From Acutalibacteraceae bacterium (GTDB lineage Bacteria > Bacillota > Clostridia > Oscillospirales > Acutalibacteraceae), in the NCBI GenBank assembly GCA_045641565.1, contig JAZUHE010000067.1, positions 1,883-65,882 of the forward strand: a DNA stretch of 64,000 nucleotides, in the 5' to 3' direction. A model generated the notes under the pieces. It was not told where the DNA came from. It worked only from the letters and a program-made list of their open reading frames with translations, and searched no databases. A program made the position numbers and the translations under genes. Of this stretch, positions 44,996 through 53,771 are shown in pieces (the first letter of the stretch is position 1; each line of letters starts with the position of its first letter).

Positions 44996-45481
44996 ATGAC
45001 CAACAAACTTGTAGCCTATTTCTCTGCCAGCGGAGTAACGGCAAAGGTCGCCGGAAAACTGGCAAGTGCACTAGAAACAGATATCTACGAGATCAAGCCG
45101 GAAGTAAAATACACCAAAGCAGACCTGAACTGGATGAATAAAAAGTCCCGCAGCAGCATTGAAATGAACGACAAAAGCTTCCGTCCCGCCATAATCTCCG
45201 GTGATATGGATATTTCCGGGTATGACACAATTTGTCTTGGATTCCCAATCTGGTGGTATGTTGCACCGACAATTATCAACACATTCCTTGAAGCCTACGA
45301 TTTTTCCGGTAAGAAAATCCTGTTGTTTGCCACGGCTGGCAGTAGTGGATTCGGTGATACGGCAGCAGAACTCAAGCCCTCTGCACCAAACGCGGATATT
45401 ATCGAGACCAATGTATTGACAGGAATTATTACAGAGCCAAAAGTGAAAAAGTTGATCGAACTCGTTCAAAAGTCACTGTAA
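44996..45481 (+). CDS. Flavodoxin-family protein
   Basis: KLVAYFSASGVTAKVAGKLA FMN-binding loop pattern. 161 aa. Confidence 0.7.
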   Translation: MTNKLVAYFSASGVTAKVAGKLASALETDIYEIKPEVKYTKADLNWMNKKSRSSIEMNDKSFRPAIISGDMDISGYDTICLGFPIWWYVAPTIINTFLEAYDFSGKKILLFATAGSSGFGDTAAELKPSAPNADIIETNVLTGIITEPKVKKLIELVQKSL

Positions 45482-45505
45482 ACATATTGACCACTGAGCA
45501 ACTGA

Positions 45506-45633
45506 CTCAGTCTGAGGCAATTTTGCATAACTTTTTCTATATATTTTTCACGCGCGACTTTATCAGAAAAAGAGTCAGTAATACTCAGTACTTCAGTAAA
45601 GGAACTTTGTAAGTTCCTTTGGAATGGCTTTTT
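45506..45633 (+). repeat. ~125-nt hairpin-bearing repeat, copy C
   Basis: Same unit as A and B, about 25 nt after the flavodoxin stop. Hairpin AAAGGAACTT-TGT-AAGTTCCTTT at 45598-45620. Confidence 0.8.
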
Positions 45634-45660
45634 ACTTATGGACGATATTTGACGTAGGAA

Positions 45661-45693
45661 ACAGCGCAGGCACCAATAGCCTGCGCTGTTTTT
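45661..45693 (+). terminator. Rho-independent terminator
   Basis: Perfect 10-bp stem ACAGCGCAGG / CCTGCGCTGT followed by TTTT. Confidence 0.8.
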
Positions 45694-45840
45694 GGATAAG
45701 ATAACGATTTTTCAACGCTAATATCCGATACCATCGTATTTTAGCGTTGATGTAATAGAAATTTTAACATAAAGGTGGTGATGCGTATTGAAAGCAGCAT
45801 GACTCTTTGGAAGCAAAACAAAAGAAGGAGGTAAAACAAC

Positions 45841-47322
45841 ATGGTTTCCAAAGAACAGTTTTTAGTAATCCGACGATGTCATCAAAAAGGCATGACGGCA
45901 AACGAGATCGCACAAAAGGTCGGCGTGTCGGCACCGAGCGTTCGAAAATGGTGGAATGTCGAAGAAAAGACGTTCGATGAACTGATCCAAGGCAATATGG
46001 CCTATCTGGACAATTACCGAGAGTTCATTCTGAACATTCTCCGACTATGCCCACAAACACGGCAGACAAATATCCTGTATCGCCTGCAAGAAGAGTTCCC
46101 GGATTTTCATTGTCATAAGCAGACATTCTATCGGTATATGAAGATGCTGCGAGAACAGACGGGCTTTGAACAGTTTAATCACCGGAACACTTCGCCCCGT
46201 GAGGAAACACCGCCCGGCTATGAAGCACAGGTGGATTTCGGCCAGTTCAAAATGATGGATATGTATGGTAAAAATGTCCGCGTATATTTCTTCTGCATGG
46301 TACTGGCATATAGCCGAATGCACTACCTGTATTTTAGCCGAGAGCCGTTCACCACCCGCGAAGCCATCAAAGCACACGAATACGCTTTCTTGTATTACGG
46401 AGGCAGACCGCAGACCATTCTGTACGACCAAGATAAAGTGTTTGTTGTCAGCGAGAACTTCGGTAGTATTGTGCTTGTTCCAGCCTTTGAAGAATTCGCA
46501 CGAAACACTGGTTTTAGTGTTCGCCTATGCAGGCCGCATGATCCGCAGAGCAAAGGCAAAGTGGAGAGCTTCGTGAGATACGTCAAAGAGAGTTTTCTTA
46601 CCGGACGAATCTATACCGGCATTGACAACCTCAATAGCGCAGCACTGCGATGGCTGGATAATGAGGGCAATGGCACCACCAATCTCCGAACTCGCAAACC
46701 ACCAAGAGAACTATTCCGTGAAGAAATACGGCATCTGGAAAAGTTCTATGCTTCACAGTCGGAGCCGTCGATGGTGCGGAGTGTTTCGGATAAGTTCATG
46801 GTGAAAGTGGACTGGAGCAATTACGAATTGCCACATAACGTTGTGCGACCATTCGATCAGGTACGTATTGAGAATGAGTTCGGTATTCTGCTTTTCTACA
46901 AAGCCGGCAGCAACGAGCTGATTTACAAATGCAAGAAGCGCGAGACAGCCGGTGTGTCACCAACTGGAAAAGAAACAGAAAAGCCGGATTTTGTGGCCAG
47001 CAACTCCATTCGATATCGCTTTGCAGAGTATGACGTAATCGACGAATTTGTGGAGAGGCTATCGGAAGCGGAGCCAAGATACAAAAACGTGCAGTTCAAC
47101 CGGATCATTACACTGGCGAATTTGTACTCCACGGAGCAGTTAGCGGAAGCGATCGAATATTGCGTCAAAGTGAATCGCTGCAACGTTTCTGAAATCACAG
47201 CTTTTCTCATTTTTCGTCATGGTGACGATGTGGCAAAGAAACGACTTTCAAATAACGCTTATTACTATAATCGGAAACGAGCTGAAGAAATAAGGAGGGA
47301 GCAAGATGGCAAATATCTCTGA
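45841..47322 (+). CDS. istA: IS21-family transposase IstA
   Basis: N-terminal HTH and a DDE/rve core (QVDFGQF...YFFCMVLAYSRM...DQDKV...). 493 aa, with an AAGGAGG RBS. Confidence 0.9.
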   Translation: MVSKEQFLVIRRCHQKGMTANEIAQKVGVSAPSVRKWWNVEEKTFDELIQGNMAYLDNYREFILNILRLCPQTRQTNILYRLQEEFPDFHCHKQTFYRYMKMLREQTGFEQFNHRNTSPREETPPGYEAQVDFGQFKMMDMYGKNVRVYFFCMVLAYSRMHYLYFSREPFTTREAIKAHEYAFLYYGGRPQTILYDQDKVFVVSENFGSIVLVPAFEEFARNTGFSVRLCRPHDPQSKGKVESFVRYVKESFLTGRIYTGIDNLNSAALRWLDNEGNGTTNLRTRKPPRELFREEIRHLEKFYASQSEPSMVRSVSDKFMVKVDWSNYELPHNVVRPFDQVRIENEFGILLFYKAGSNELIYKCKKRETAGVSPTGKETEKPDFVASNSIRYRFAEYDVIDEFVERLSEAEPRYKNVQFNRIITLANLYSTEQLAEAIEYCVKVNRCNVSEITAFLIFRHGDDVAKKRLSNNAYYYNRKRAEEIRREQDGKYL

Positions 47323-47986
47323 GATCCAGCAGATTGCGCGGAAGCTGGGACTGACCAATATCGCAAGCGGCGCCGTCAACTTGAATGACGAGACACTATC
47401 CAATACTGACTATCTGCTAAAAGTATTATCCGGTGAGCTGGAAGCTGTCGAGAATGCCTCACTGATGAAGCGCCGGCAAGCAAGTGGACTGCCACACCGA
47501 ACATTTTCTCTGGATAAGCTGAACAAAGGCATTGCCTGGCAGGTGGAGCAGCTCGAAAAGCTCGATTGGATCGACAATACCGAAGACCTTGTTGTCATCG
47601 GCAAATGCGATACCGGCAAAACCTCACTGGCTGTACACCTGGCAGAGAAAGCGTTAAAAAACGGAGAACGGGTATTTTACGCAGATATCGATACCTTTCT
47701 TGAAATTATGCGCAACAAAGAACATATCGACAAGTTCCATCGCAAATTCCGGTATATGTTAAGCTGCGGGCTGATCATCATTGATGAAATCATGTACGTC
47801 ACCATATCACCGGCAGATCTGCCGCTGTTCTACAGGGCAGTAAACTTCCTCAAGGAAGAGCGAAGCATTGTATTCATAACCAACCGTGAATTGTCAGAGT
47901 GGACACAGGCAGCGGAAGACCATCACCTGATGCAAACGCTGACAGAAAAGATCATGAGCACAAGTCAGCTCATTCGAATGACTTAA
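47306..47986 (+). CDS. istB: IS21 helper ATPase IstB
   Basis: Walker A GKCDTGKTSL and Walker B IIIDEI. It overlaps istA by 17 nt. Confidence 0.9.
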   Translation: MANISEIQQIARKLGLTNIASGAVNLNDETLSNTDYLLKVLSGELEAVENASLMKRRQASGLPHRTFSLDKLNKGIAWQVEQLEKLDWIDNTEDLVVIGKCDTGKTSLAVHLAEKALKNGERVFYADIDTFLEIMRNKEHIDKFHRKFRYMLSCGLIIIDEIMYVTISPADLPLFYRAVNFLKEERSIVFITNRELSEWTQAAEDHHLMQTLTEKIMSTSQLIRMT

Positions 47987-48134
47987 CAAAATGGGACACA
48001 CCGTGTCCGTTTGCCATATAACTTAAACTCGAAAAATACTGGATTTATATCCGGATTATATAGATTTCGTTTTCCCGAGTTGCAAAAAAATTCTCAGGAA
48101 TTTTCTAAAATTCGAAAGAAACTGAGAATAATGA

Positions 48135-48761
48135 TACCCCATAGGGGGCATCGCAATCTCCAGCGGATTTTCGCGTGCAACGGGCGTGGGGTATCGCGCA
48201 AATTTCCGGGAAATCAAGTGGGGCTGCGCAGCAAGAGTGTCGCAGGGACGCGAAGCCTGCAGCCTGAGTCATCACGTCCGCGAGGACGTACTCGAAAAGA
48301 CATACACGGCAGCGATCCAGCAGATCACCGAGAGCGCCGATGAGGTCACCGCAGCAGTACGCGAAGGTGCGATGCTGACTCTGGAGCCGGAGAACAGAGA
48401 ACGCCTCGAAACGGTGGAGCAGGCCATCATCGAGACGCAGGAACAGGCCCTCACGCTTCACAAAAAGAAGGTCGCACACCAGATCACGGAAGCCGAGTAC
48501 ACGGATGCCATTCAGGCATGCGGCCAGAGAATGAAGGAACTCGAAGCCGAGCAGGCCGAGCTCCAGACCATCGCCACCCGGTACAGTGAGGTCAAAGCAT
48601 GGCTGGACACCTTCGAGGAAAACGTCCGCAGCGGCGACATCCTGGATGCCAACGACGCCTTGGTCATGAAGGCGCTGGTCGATGAGATCATCGTAGGCGA
48701 CACCGGCATCGAGATACACTGCAAATGCGGAGTCACCATCGAGCAGGAATACGTAAGATAA
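48135..48761 (+). pseudogene. 3' remnant of a large serine recombinase gene
   Basis: Only the C-terminal part is present: the end of the zinc-ribbon region (W.C....C), a coiled-coil, and the IIVGDTGIEIHCKCG tail. The frame opens right after a stop at 48132. There is no N-terminal resolvase domain. The region is visibly GC-rich. Confidence 0.7.
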
Positions 48762-48765
48762 ACAG

Positions 48766-48811
48766 AGCCCTCGGCCACCGGCAGCAGCGCCGGACGGTCG
48801 AGGGCTTTTTT
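48766..48811 (+). terminator. Rho-independent terminator
   Basis: AGCCCTCG...CGAGGGCT stem followed by a T6 run. Confidence 0.75.
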
Positions 48812-48880
48812 GCGTCAAAGGGTAGAAAAATTCATAAAACCGTGCTATAATATTCCAAAAATGAGAACGGAGGCCATGAC

Positions 48881-49069
48881 ATGGAACACAGTGCATTTGA
48901 CAACGATGCATGGGCTTCGCTCACGCCAGAAGAAAAGAAGCGGGCTTTGTACGAAAGACAAAAGAAAACGCTGGCAGACTTTCTGGAACGGAACGCGATC
49001 AGCAAGGCACAATACGATAAGAGCCTGCACGACCTGACCGAAAAGATGGGCTACGGCGAGACAAAATAA
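48881..49069 (+). CDS. Small 62-aa protein typical of Firmicutes integrative elements (function unknown)
   Basis: The pattern LTPEEKKRALYERQKKTLADFLERNAISKAQYDKSLHDLTEKMGY is remembered as frequently adjacent to serine recombinases. Confidence 0.55.
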   Translation: MEHSAFDNDAWASLTPEEKKRALYERQKKTLADFLERNAISKAQYDKSLHDLTEKMGYGETK

Positions 49070-49241
49070 ATCGGTACCATTTTGCGTTTTTTACCTTCAA
49101 TCGGTACCTTTTAGGTAGTCTTTTACAATGATATCCGCTCCTTACGGAACGGGTGATATATCATTGTCACTATTTCGACTTATCGTTATAATTAGTTAAA
49201 CTGTAATCTGTTTCGATACGCTGTGCTCGAGCCATAAAATA

Positions 49242-49322
49242 TATCTGTATCTTTCTCTCGGTAAGCGCAGAAAAAGGCTCCCTCGTGAGGGAGCTGTCGA
49301 GCAAATGCGAGACTGAGGGAGT
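49242..49322 (+). repeat. Dispersed intergenic repeat, copy 2 (REP-like)
   Basis: TATCTGTATCTTTCTCTCGGTAAGCGCAGAAAAAGGCTCCC...GGGAGCTGTCGAGC...GACTGAGGGAGT aligns with 11426-11499. Confidence 0.75.
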
Positions 49323-49491
49323 AAGATAAATCAGAATTTGCGGAGAAATAACAACGAAAAAGAAGAGGAGCACATTGTATGTGGAAATCAATCAGTAACA
49401 ATGATGAGATTATCAGGTTTATGGAAAAGGTATGCTTTCGCAGTATAAAGATTCAGACAAAATCTGTTGAAGAAAGAATTTGAGGTAAGCA

Positions 49492-51033
49492 ATGAAAAAC
49501 ATAGCCAATATTGTTAATTTTGTCAGAGCGGTTGAGCCGCGGGAAAAGGACAATTCATATCTGCCCGAAACAACAGGAAAAGAGCTTGAGCTCTGTCGCA
49601 GATTCGGCTTCAGGTCAACAGTTCTTCTTCAATATGACGCTCTGATTCTGCCCGAATACCGAGAAATTATCTCGTCTTTTTCGGATATTACCGAGGTCGG
49701 GATATGGTTTGAGGTCGTTCAGCCTCTTGTTGAAGACTGCGGCCTCCCATGGCACGGAAGATTTCCGTGGGACTGGCACAACGATGTAGGCTTTCTCGTC
49801 GGCTATGATACAGACGAAAGAAAACTTCTGATTGACCGCTTTTTTGAAGTGTTCAGAGAATACTACGGTGATTACCCGAAAGCTGTCGGTTCGTGGCACA
49901 TTGACGCTTTTTCGCTTCGCTATATGAGCGAAAAATACGGCATCACTGTTTCGTGCAACTGCAAAGACCAGTACGGCACGGACGGTTACACAATCTGGGG
50001 CGGATATTACGCGGGAGCCTATTATCCGTCGGTGAATAATATGATTTGCCCTGCGAATTCTTCTGAAAACCAGATTAATGTTCCAGTTTTCCGTATGCTT
50101 GGCTCCGACCCGATTTATCAGTATGACCTGGGCCTTGAAAACGGTGTCATCTCTCAGGGTGTTTCGTCAATGGAGCCTGTTTACGGCTGCTCCGGCTCAA
50201 GTGAAAGCTGGGTAAAGTGGTATTTTGACGAAGTTTATAACGGCAAATCTCTTGCCTTATCATATACACAGTTCGGACAGGAAAATTCCTTCGGCTGGAA
50301 CAAAATTTCACAAGGACTCGAAATGCAGTTTGAGATTCTGAGTGAACAGATAAAGCTCGGAAAAGTTGAACTGCTCACTCTCGGCGAGGCGGGAAAATGG
50401 TTCAGCGATAATTTTTCCGAAACACCTGCGTCTGCTTTGTGCGTTGATTCCGACTATTCGGAAAACGGCAAAAAGAGCCTGTGGTACAACTGCAAAAATT
50501 ACAGAATAAATCTGATTTACGAAAACGGCGGGCTTCATATCAGAGATTTTTATCTTTTCAGAGATGATTTCTGCGAAAAGTTCCTCAACAGGAAAGAAAC
50601 CGAGCACTCCTGCGGCTATTACAATTTGCCGGTTATGGACGGTTACCGTTTCAGTTCTGCACAAAAAAGAGCAGGTATTTATCCTGTTGACTGCTCCGGC
50701 AAACAGATTCTCTGTAATGATTACCGCTTCGAAACAGATGACCATAAGCAGGAGGCTGTTTGCAGCGGGAACGGAATGAAATTCATAATGACACCCGAAA
50801 AAATAACAATTCATGCGGAAAAAGCAGAACGGTTCATTTTTGACTTTGCCGAAAATGCCGATGTGCCATATGTATCCGCTGCTGAAAAAGAGCTGTTTAT
50901 GAATTTCAGAGGCACCGCGGACGAAGATTATTCTTATTCCGTTAAGCTTGAAAATGGCTTCTTCGGTATTTCCGACGGCAAGCCGTTTATCACTCCGGAA
51001 AACGGAATGATAACCATAATAACCGAAAAATAA
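49492..51033 (+). CDS. Hypothetical protein (513 aa)
   Basis: A long ORF with host-like composition, followed by a strong terminator. No domain was recognised by eye. Confidence 0.6.
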   Translation: MKNIANIVNFVRAVEPREKDNSYLPETTGKELELCRRFGFRSTVLLQYDALILPEYREIISSFSDITEVGIWFEVVQPLVEDCGLPWHGRFPWDWHNDVGFLVGYDTDERKLLIDRFFEVFREYYGDYPKAVGSWHIDAFSLRYMSEKYGITVSCNCKDQYGTDGYTIWGGYYAGAYYPSVNNMICPANSSENQINVPVFRMLGSDPIYQYDLGLENGVISQGVSSMEPVYGCSGSSESWVKWYFDEVYNGKSLALSYTQFGQENSFGWNKISQGLEMQFEILSEQIKLGKVELLTLGEAGKWFSDNFSETPASALCVDSDYSENGKKSLWYNCKNYRINLIYENGGLHIRDFYLFRDDFCEKFLNRKETEHSCGYYNLPVMDGYRFSSAQKRAGIYPVDCSGKQILCNDYRFETDDHKQEAVCSGNGMKFIMTPEKITIHAEKAERFIFDFAENADVPYVSAAEKELFMNFRGTADEDYSYSVKLENGFFGISDGKPFITPENGMITIITEK

Positions 51034-51038
51034 AATCA

Positions 51039-51076
51039 GGGGACTGCATCTAAATGCGGCAGTCCCCCCATTTTTT
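51039..51076 (+). terminator. Rho-independent terminator
   Basis: GGGGACTGC...GCAGTCCCC stem followed by CCA and a T6 run. Confidence 0.8.
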
Positions 51077-51193
51077 AACGAAATAAACTTCTTACGGGAT
51101 TTGTGAAATGCCATGTACGACAAAAATAGAATTATTGATTATTTGCGGCTGTTATGATATACTTTTGCGGAAAAATGCGGAGTTGGTGATAAT

Positions 51194-51511
51194 ATGGCGA
51201 CATCTAAAGAATTTCACGATTATATTATGGAAAATCTCAGTCGTGCCGGGAATGTTTCTTCCAAGAGAATGATGGGCGAGTATCTGATTTATTTCGGCGG
51301 CAGACTCGCGGGTGTTATATGTGACGGCACACTTATGCTGAAGCAGACGGAGGCGTCACTGAGGCTTCTGCCCGACGCGGAAAAGGCGTATCCGTATGAG
51401 GGCTCAAAAACCCTTATGCTTGTGGTTGAAGACTTTGAAAATACAGAGCTTATGAGAAAAATAATTGAAGAAATGTATCCTCAGCTTCCTGAAAAGACAA
51501 AAAAGAAATAA
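51194..51511 (+). CDS. TfoX/Sxy N-terminal-domain protein
   Basis: The pattern FHDYIMENLSRAGNVSSKRMMGEYLIYFGGRLAGVICDG is typical of the TfoX_N domain. Confidence 0.75.
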   Translation: MATSKEFHDYIMENLSRAGNVSSKRMMGEYLIYFGGRLAGVICDGTLMLKQTEASLRLLPDAEKAYPYEGSKTLMLVVEDFENTELMRKIIEEMYPQLPEKTKKK

Positions 51512-51693
51512 TGCCAACAACATTTTGTTAACAGTTACTTAATATTCTCGAGTATTATTTTAGTGTTTGTTTACAAAATCTTCAGGTGTATTGGTGGGAT
51601 TTTAGAGGAAAACAATGGATTTATCTGATAAAGTTGACAAATGGTAAAGAAGATGTTACAATTAGTTACAATATTTCCAACAGGAGAGAGAAT

Positions 51694-52929
51694 ATGAATA
51701 AAATCTCAAAAAGAATTATTGCACTGATTTTAACGCTGGTTATGGCGGTTACAATCGTTCCTCTTTCGGGGCTTAACATTACGGTTGAGGCGGCCACAGG
51801 CAGCGATGTTGTTGAATATGCAAGACAGTTTATCGGCTGTCCCTATGTTTCCGGAGCAACCGGCCCGGATGCTTTTGACTGCTCAGGATTTGTAAGCTTT
51901 GTTTTCAAGCATTTCGGTATTGATATACCCAACAGTACATATGTCATCTGGAACAACATGAGCAAATACGGCAATGTGATTGACCACGGCTCGGTTGAAA
52001 ACGCTATCCCCGGTGACGTTATTGTATGGGTAGGTCATGTTTCGATATATACCGGCAACGGCAACTGCGTTGAGGCGCTGAATTCCAGATACGGCGTTAC
52101 AGAAGCCATACCGGTAAACAGCCATACAAACGGTATGGATTACTATGTGCTCAGAATCAACGGTCTGAGCTCCGCGGTTGTTATTAATGAAAAATACACC
52201 GTAAAGTATGATGCTAACGGCGGTGTCGGCGCGCCTGCTTCGCAGACAAAATATTCCGACATGTCGCTTACACTTACAAGCTATACTCCCACACGTTTAG
52301 GATATACTTTTAAGGAATGGAATACTCTTTCCACGGGTAAGGGCACATCCTATCCTTCAGGCTCAAGCTATTCAATAAATGAGAACGTTACTCTTTACGC
52401 TGTATGGACTGCAAATCAGTCAACCCATACACACAGATACTCTTCAAAAATCACCAAAGCCGCTACCTGCGAAACAGAAGGTATAAAAACATTTACCTGC
52501 TCATGCGGCAGCAGCTATACAGAGTCAATTCCTGCAACAGGACATTCCTACGGCGACTGGGTAATTACAAAACTCGCAACTGTTTCTGCTGCGGGCGAAA
52601 AACAGCGTACCTGCAAAACCTGCGGCAAGGTTGAAAAAGAGTCTATAGCAAAGCTTGCGGCAGACGCCGTTGTTCTTGATAAAGCTACAATCGCTATGAA
52701 CTACAGAGGAACAGCAAAACTTATGGCAAACAAAGCTGTAAAGTGGAGCACATCAAATCCCTCGATTGCGACTGTTGACGCTAACGGAAACATTATAGCT
52801 ACAGGAGCGGGAACGGCAACGGTTACCGCAACTGCAGGCAGTCAGACAGCGTCATGTGTTGTCAAGGTTTCATACACATGGTGGCAGATGATAATAAGAA
52901 CGCTGCTTCTCGGATTCCTTTGGTATTAA
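51694..52929 (+). CDS. Secreted NlpC/P60 (C40) peptidase with Listeria-Bacteroides-type repeat and Big_2-like domains
   Basis: Signal/TM segment, then the catalytic region GPDAFDCSGFVSFVF...GHVSIY, then YTVKYDANGG...GYTFKEWNT. The ATG at 51694 follows AGGAGAG. Confidence 0.8.
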   Translation: MNKISKRIIALILTLVMAVTIVPLSGLNITVEAATGSDVVEYARQFIGCPYVSGATGPDAFDCSGFVSFVFKHFGIDIPNSTYVIWNNMSKYGNVIDHGSVENAIPGDVIVWVGHVSIYTGNGNCVEALNSRYGVTEAIPVNSHTNGMDYYVLRINGLSSAVVINEKYTVKYDANGGVGAPASQTKYSDMSLTLTSYTPTRLGYTFKEWNTLSTGKGTSYPSGSSYSINENVTLYAVWTANQSTHTHRYSSKITKAATCETEGIKTFTCSCGSSYTESIPATGHSYGDWVITKLATVSAAGEKQRTCKTCGKVEKESIAKLAADAVVLDKATIAMNYRGTAKLMANKAVKWSTSNPSIATVDANGNIIATGAGTATVTATAGSQTASCVVKVSYTWWQMIIRTLLLGFLWY

Positions 52930-52948
52930 TATCGATGATAAAAAAATT

Positions 52949-52987
52949 AAGGTATGATTTTCAGATGAGAATCATACCTTTTATTTT
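52949..52987. terminator. Bidirectional terminator between the NlpC/P60 and YgjV-like genes
   Basis: Perfect 11-bp stem AAGGTATGATT / AATCATACCTT, flanked by an A-run on the left and a T-run on the right. Confidence 0.8.
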
Positions 52988-53546
52988 ATGCGTTATTATT
53001 TTTTTCTGTGAGGGCATTTTCTTTTTCTGTTTTGCGTATTGTATAAAGTGAAATGAGAATTGAAATAAACGCCAGCGTTTCGTTGCACATTCCCGCCCAC
53101 GAATGGCTTACTGTATTGTATGTAAACCATGTGCAGCATACGGGGATTGTGAGAAGCTTGAGCTTTTTGGTATCCTTCTGCCAGTTGGCAACGGTGGCAA
53201 ATGATGTGCCAATGCAGGGGAGAATGCTCCACCAGCTGTCCCACGTGCAGATAACAAGCACAAGAGAAGCTATGAGAAATCCGACAGGAATAAGATTTGA
53301 CTGCGCCCATTTTTTGTCTCTGAAGCTGAAAACGAAGCTTCTGGCTACGTTAAGCAGATTCATTGCGACGGGAGTCATCAGCCCGAGCACCCCGAAGTGA
53401 CAGCACCACAGCGCCGAATACAGCACCATAAGCCACAGAATTGTTTTATGCTTTTTAAACTGATACATCAGGATTACTACAAATATCGCCGAGAATCCGA
53501 AAATATTCGCGAGCAGGGACTGATGTGCATTAATAAAATCCATCAT
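52986..53546 (-). CDS. YgjV-like inner-membrane protein
   Basis: 186 aa with five or six hydrophobic helices. The family call is from memory. Confidence 0.55.
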   Translation of the reverse strand: MMDFINAHQSLLANIFGFSAIFVVILMYQFKKHKTILWLMVLYSALWCCHFGVLGLMTPVAMNLLNVARSFVFSFRDKKWAQSNLIPVGFLIASLVLVICTWDSWWSILPCIGTSFATVANWQKDTKKLKLLTIPVCCTWFTYNTVSHSWAGMCNETLAFISILISLYTIRKTEKENALTEKNNNA

Positions 53547-53771
53547 AATTTACTCCGAATGAAAAACATAATATTTCCGCATAATTTTAGCACAGGATAT
53601 CTTAAAAAACAAGATGTTGACAGCTGAATGTAAATTTTAAGATAAAATGCATAAAAAGGTAGTGACTTTTGATGAAATTTATGATATATTTATTATATCG
53701 TAGGGTAATCTTCGCTTTTTGAAATTACGCCTGCGTTCAAAAGATTTTTAATTCTGAAAGGAGTTTTTATT

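Larger units (their letters stand above)
45694..48100 (+). mobile_element. IS21-family insertion sequence (istA-istB); termini not resolved
   Basis: Overlapping istA/istB gene pair in the typical IS21 layout. The boundaries are approximate, lying between the terminator at 45693 and the recombinase remnant that opens at 48135. No convincing terminal inverted repeats could be found by eye. Confidence 0.7.

Noticed and set aside
43184-45633. The three repeats considered as a CRISPR array
   Set aside because: The repeat unit is about 125 nt. The spacings are irregular (about 160 nt and about 2.2 kb) and contain genes. No cas genes are in the window.
45694-48134. Attempt to define the IS21 terminal inverted repeats and target-site duplication
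   Set aside because: Only weak similarities were found, such as ..GATTTTTCAACG.. against the reverse complement of ..CTCGAAAAATAC.., plus an internal 10-bp inverted repeat TCAACGCTAA/TTAGCGTTGA. These are not sufficient to call the ends without other copies for comparison.
48105-48911. 268-aa ORF on the - strand
   Set aside because: It lies entirely antisense to the GC-rich serine-recombinase remnant and its terminator. Long antisense ORFs are expected in GC-rich coding DNA. It has no RBS and no recognisable motif.
50308-51123. 271-aa ORF on the - strand
   Set aside because: It is antisense to the 513-aa + strand gene and runs across that gene's terminator. Its sequence is low-complexity and Phe-rich, which is typical of a shadow ORF.
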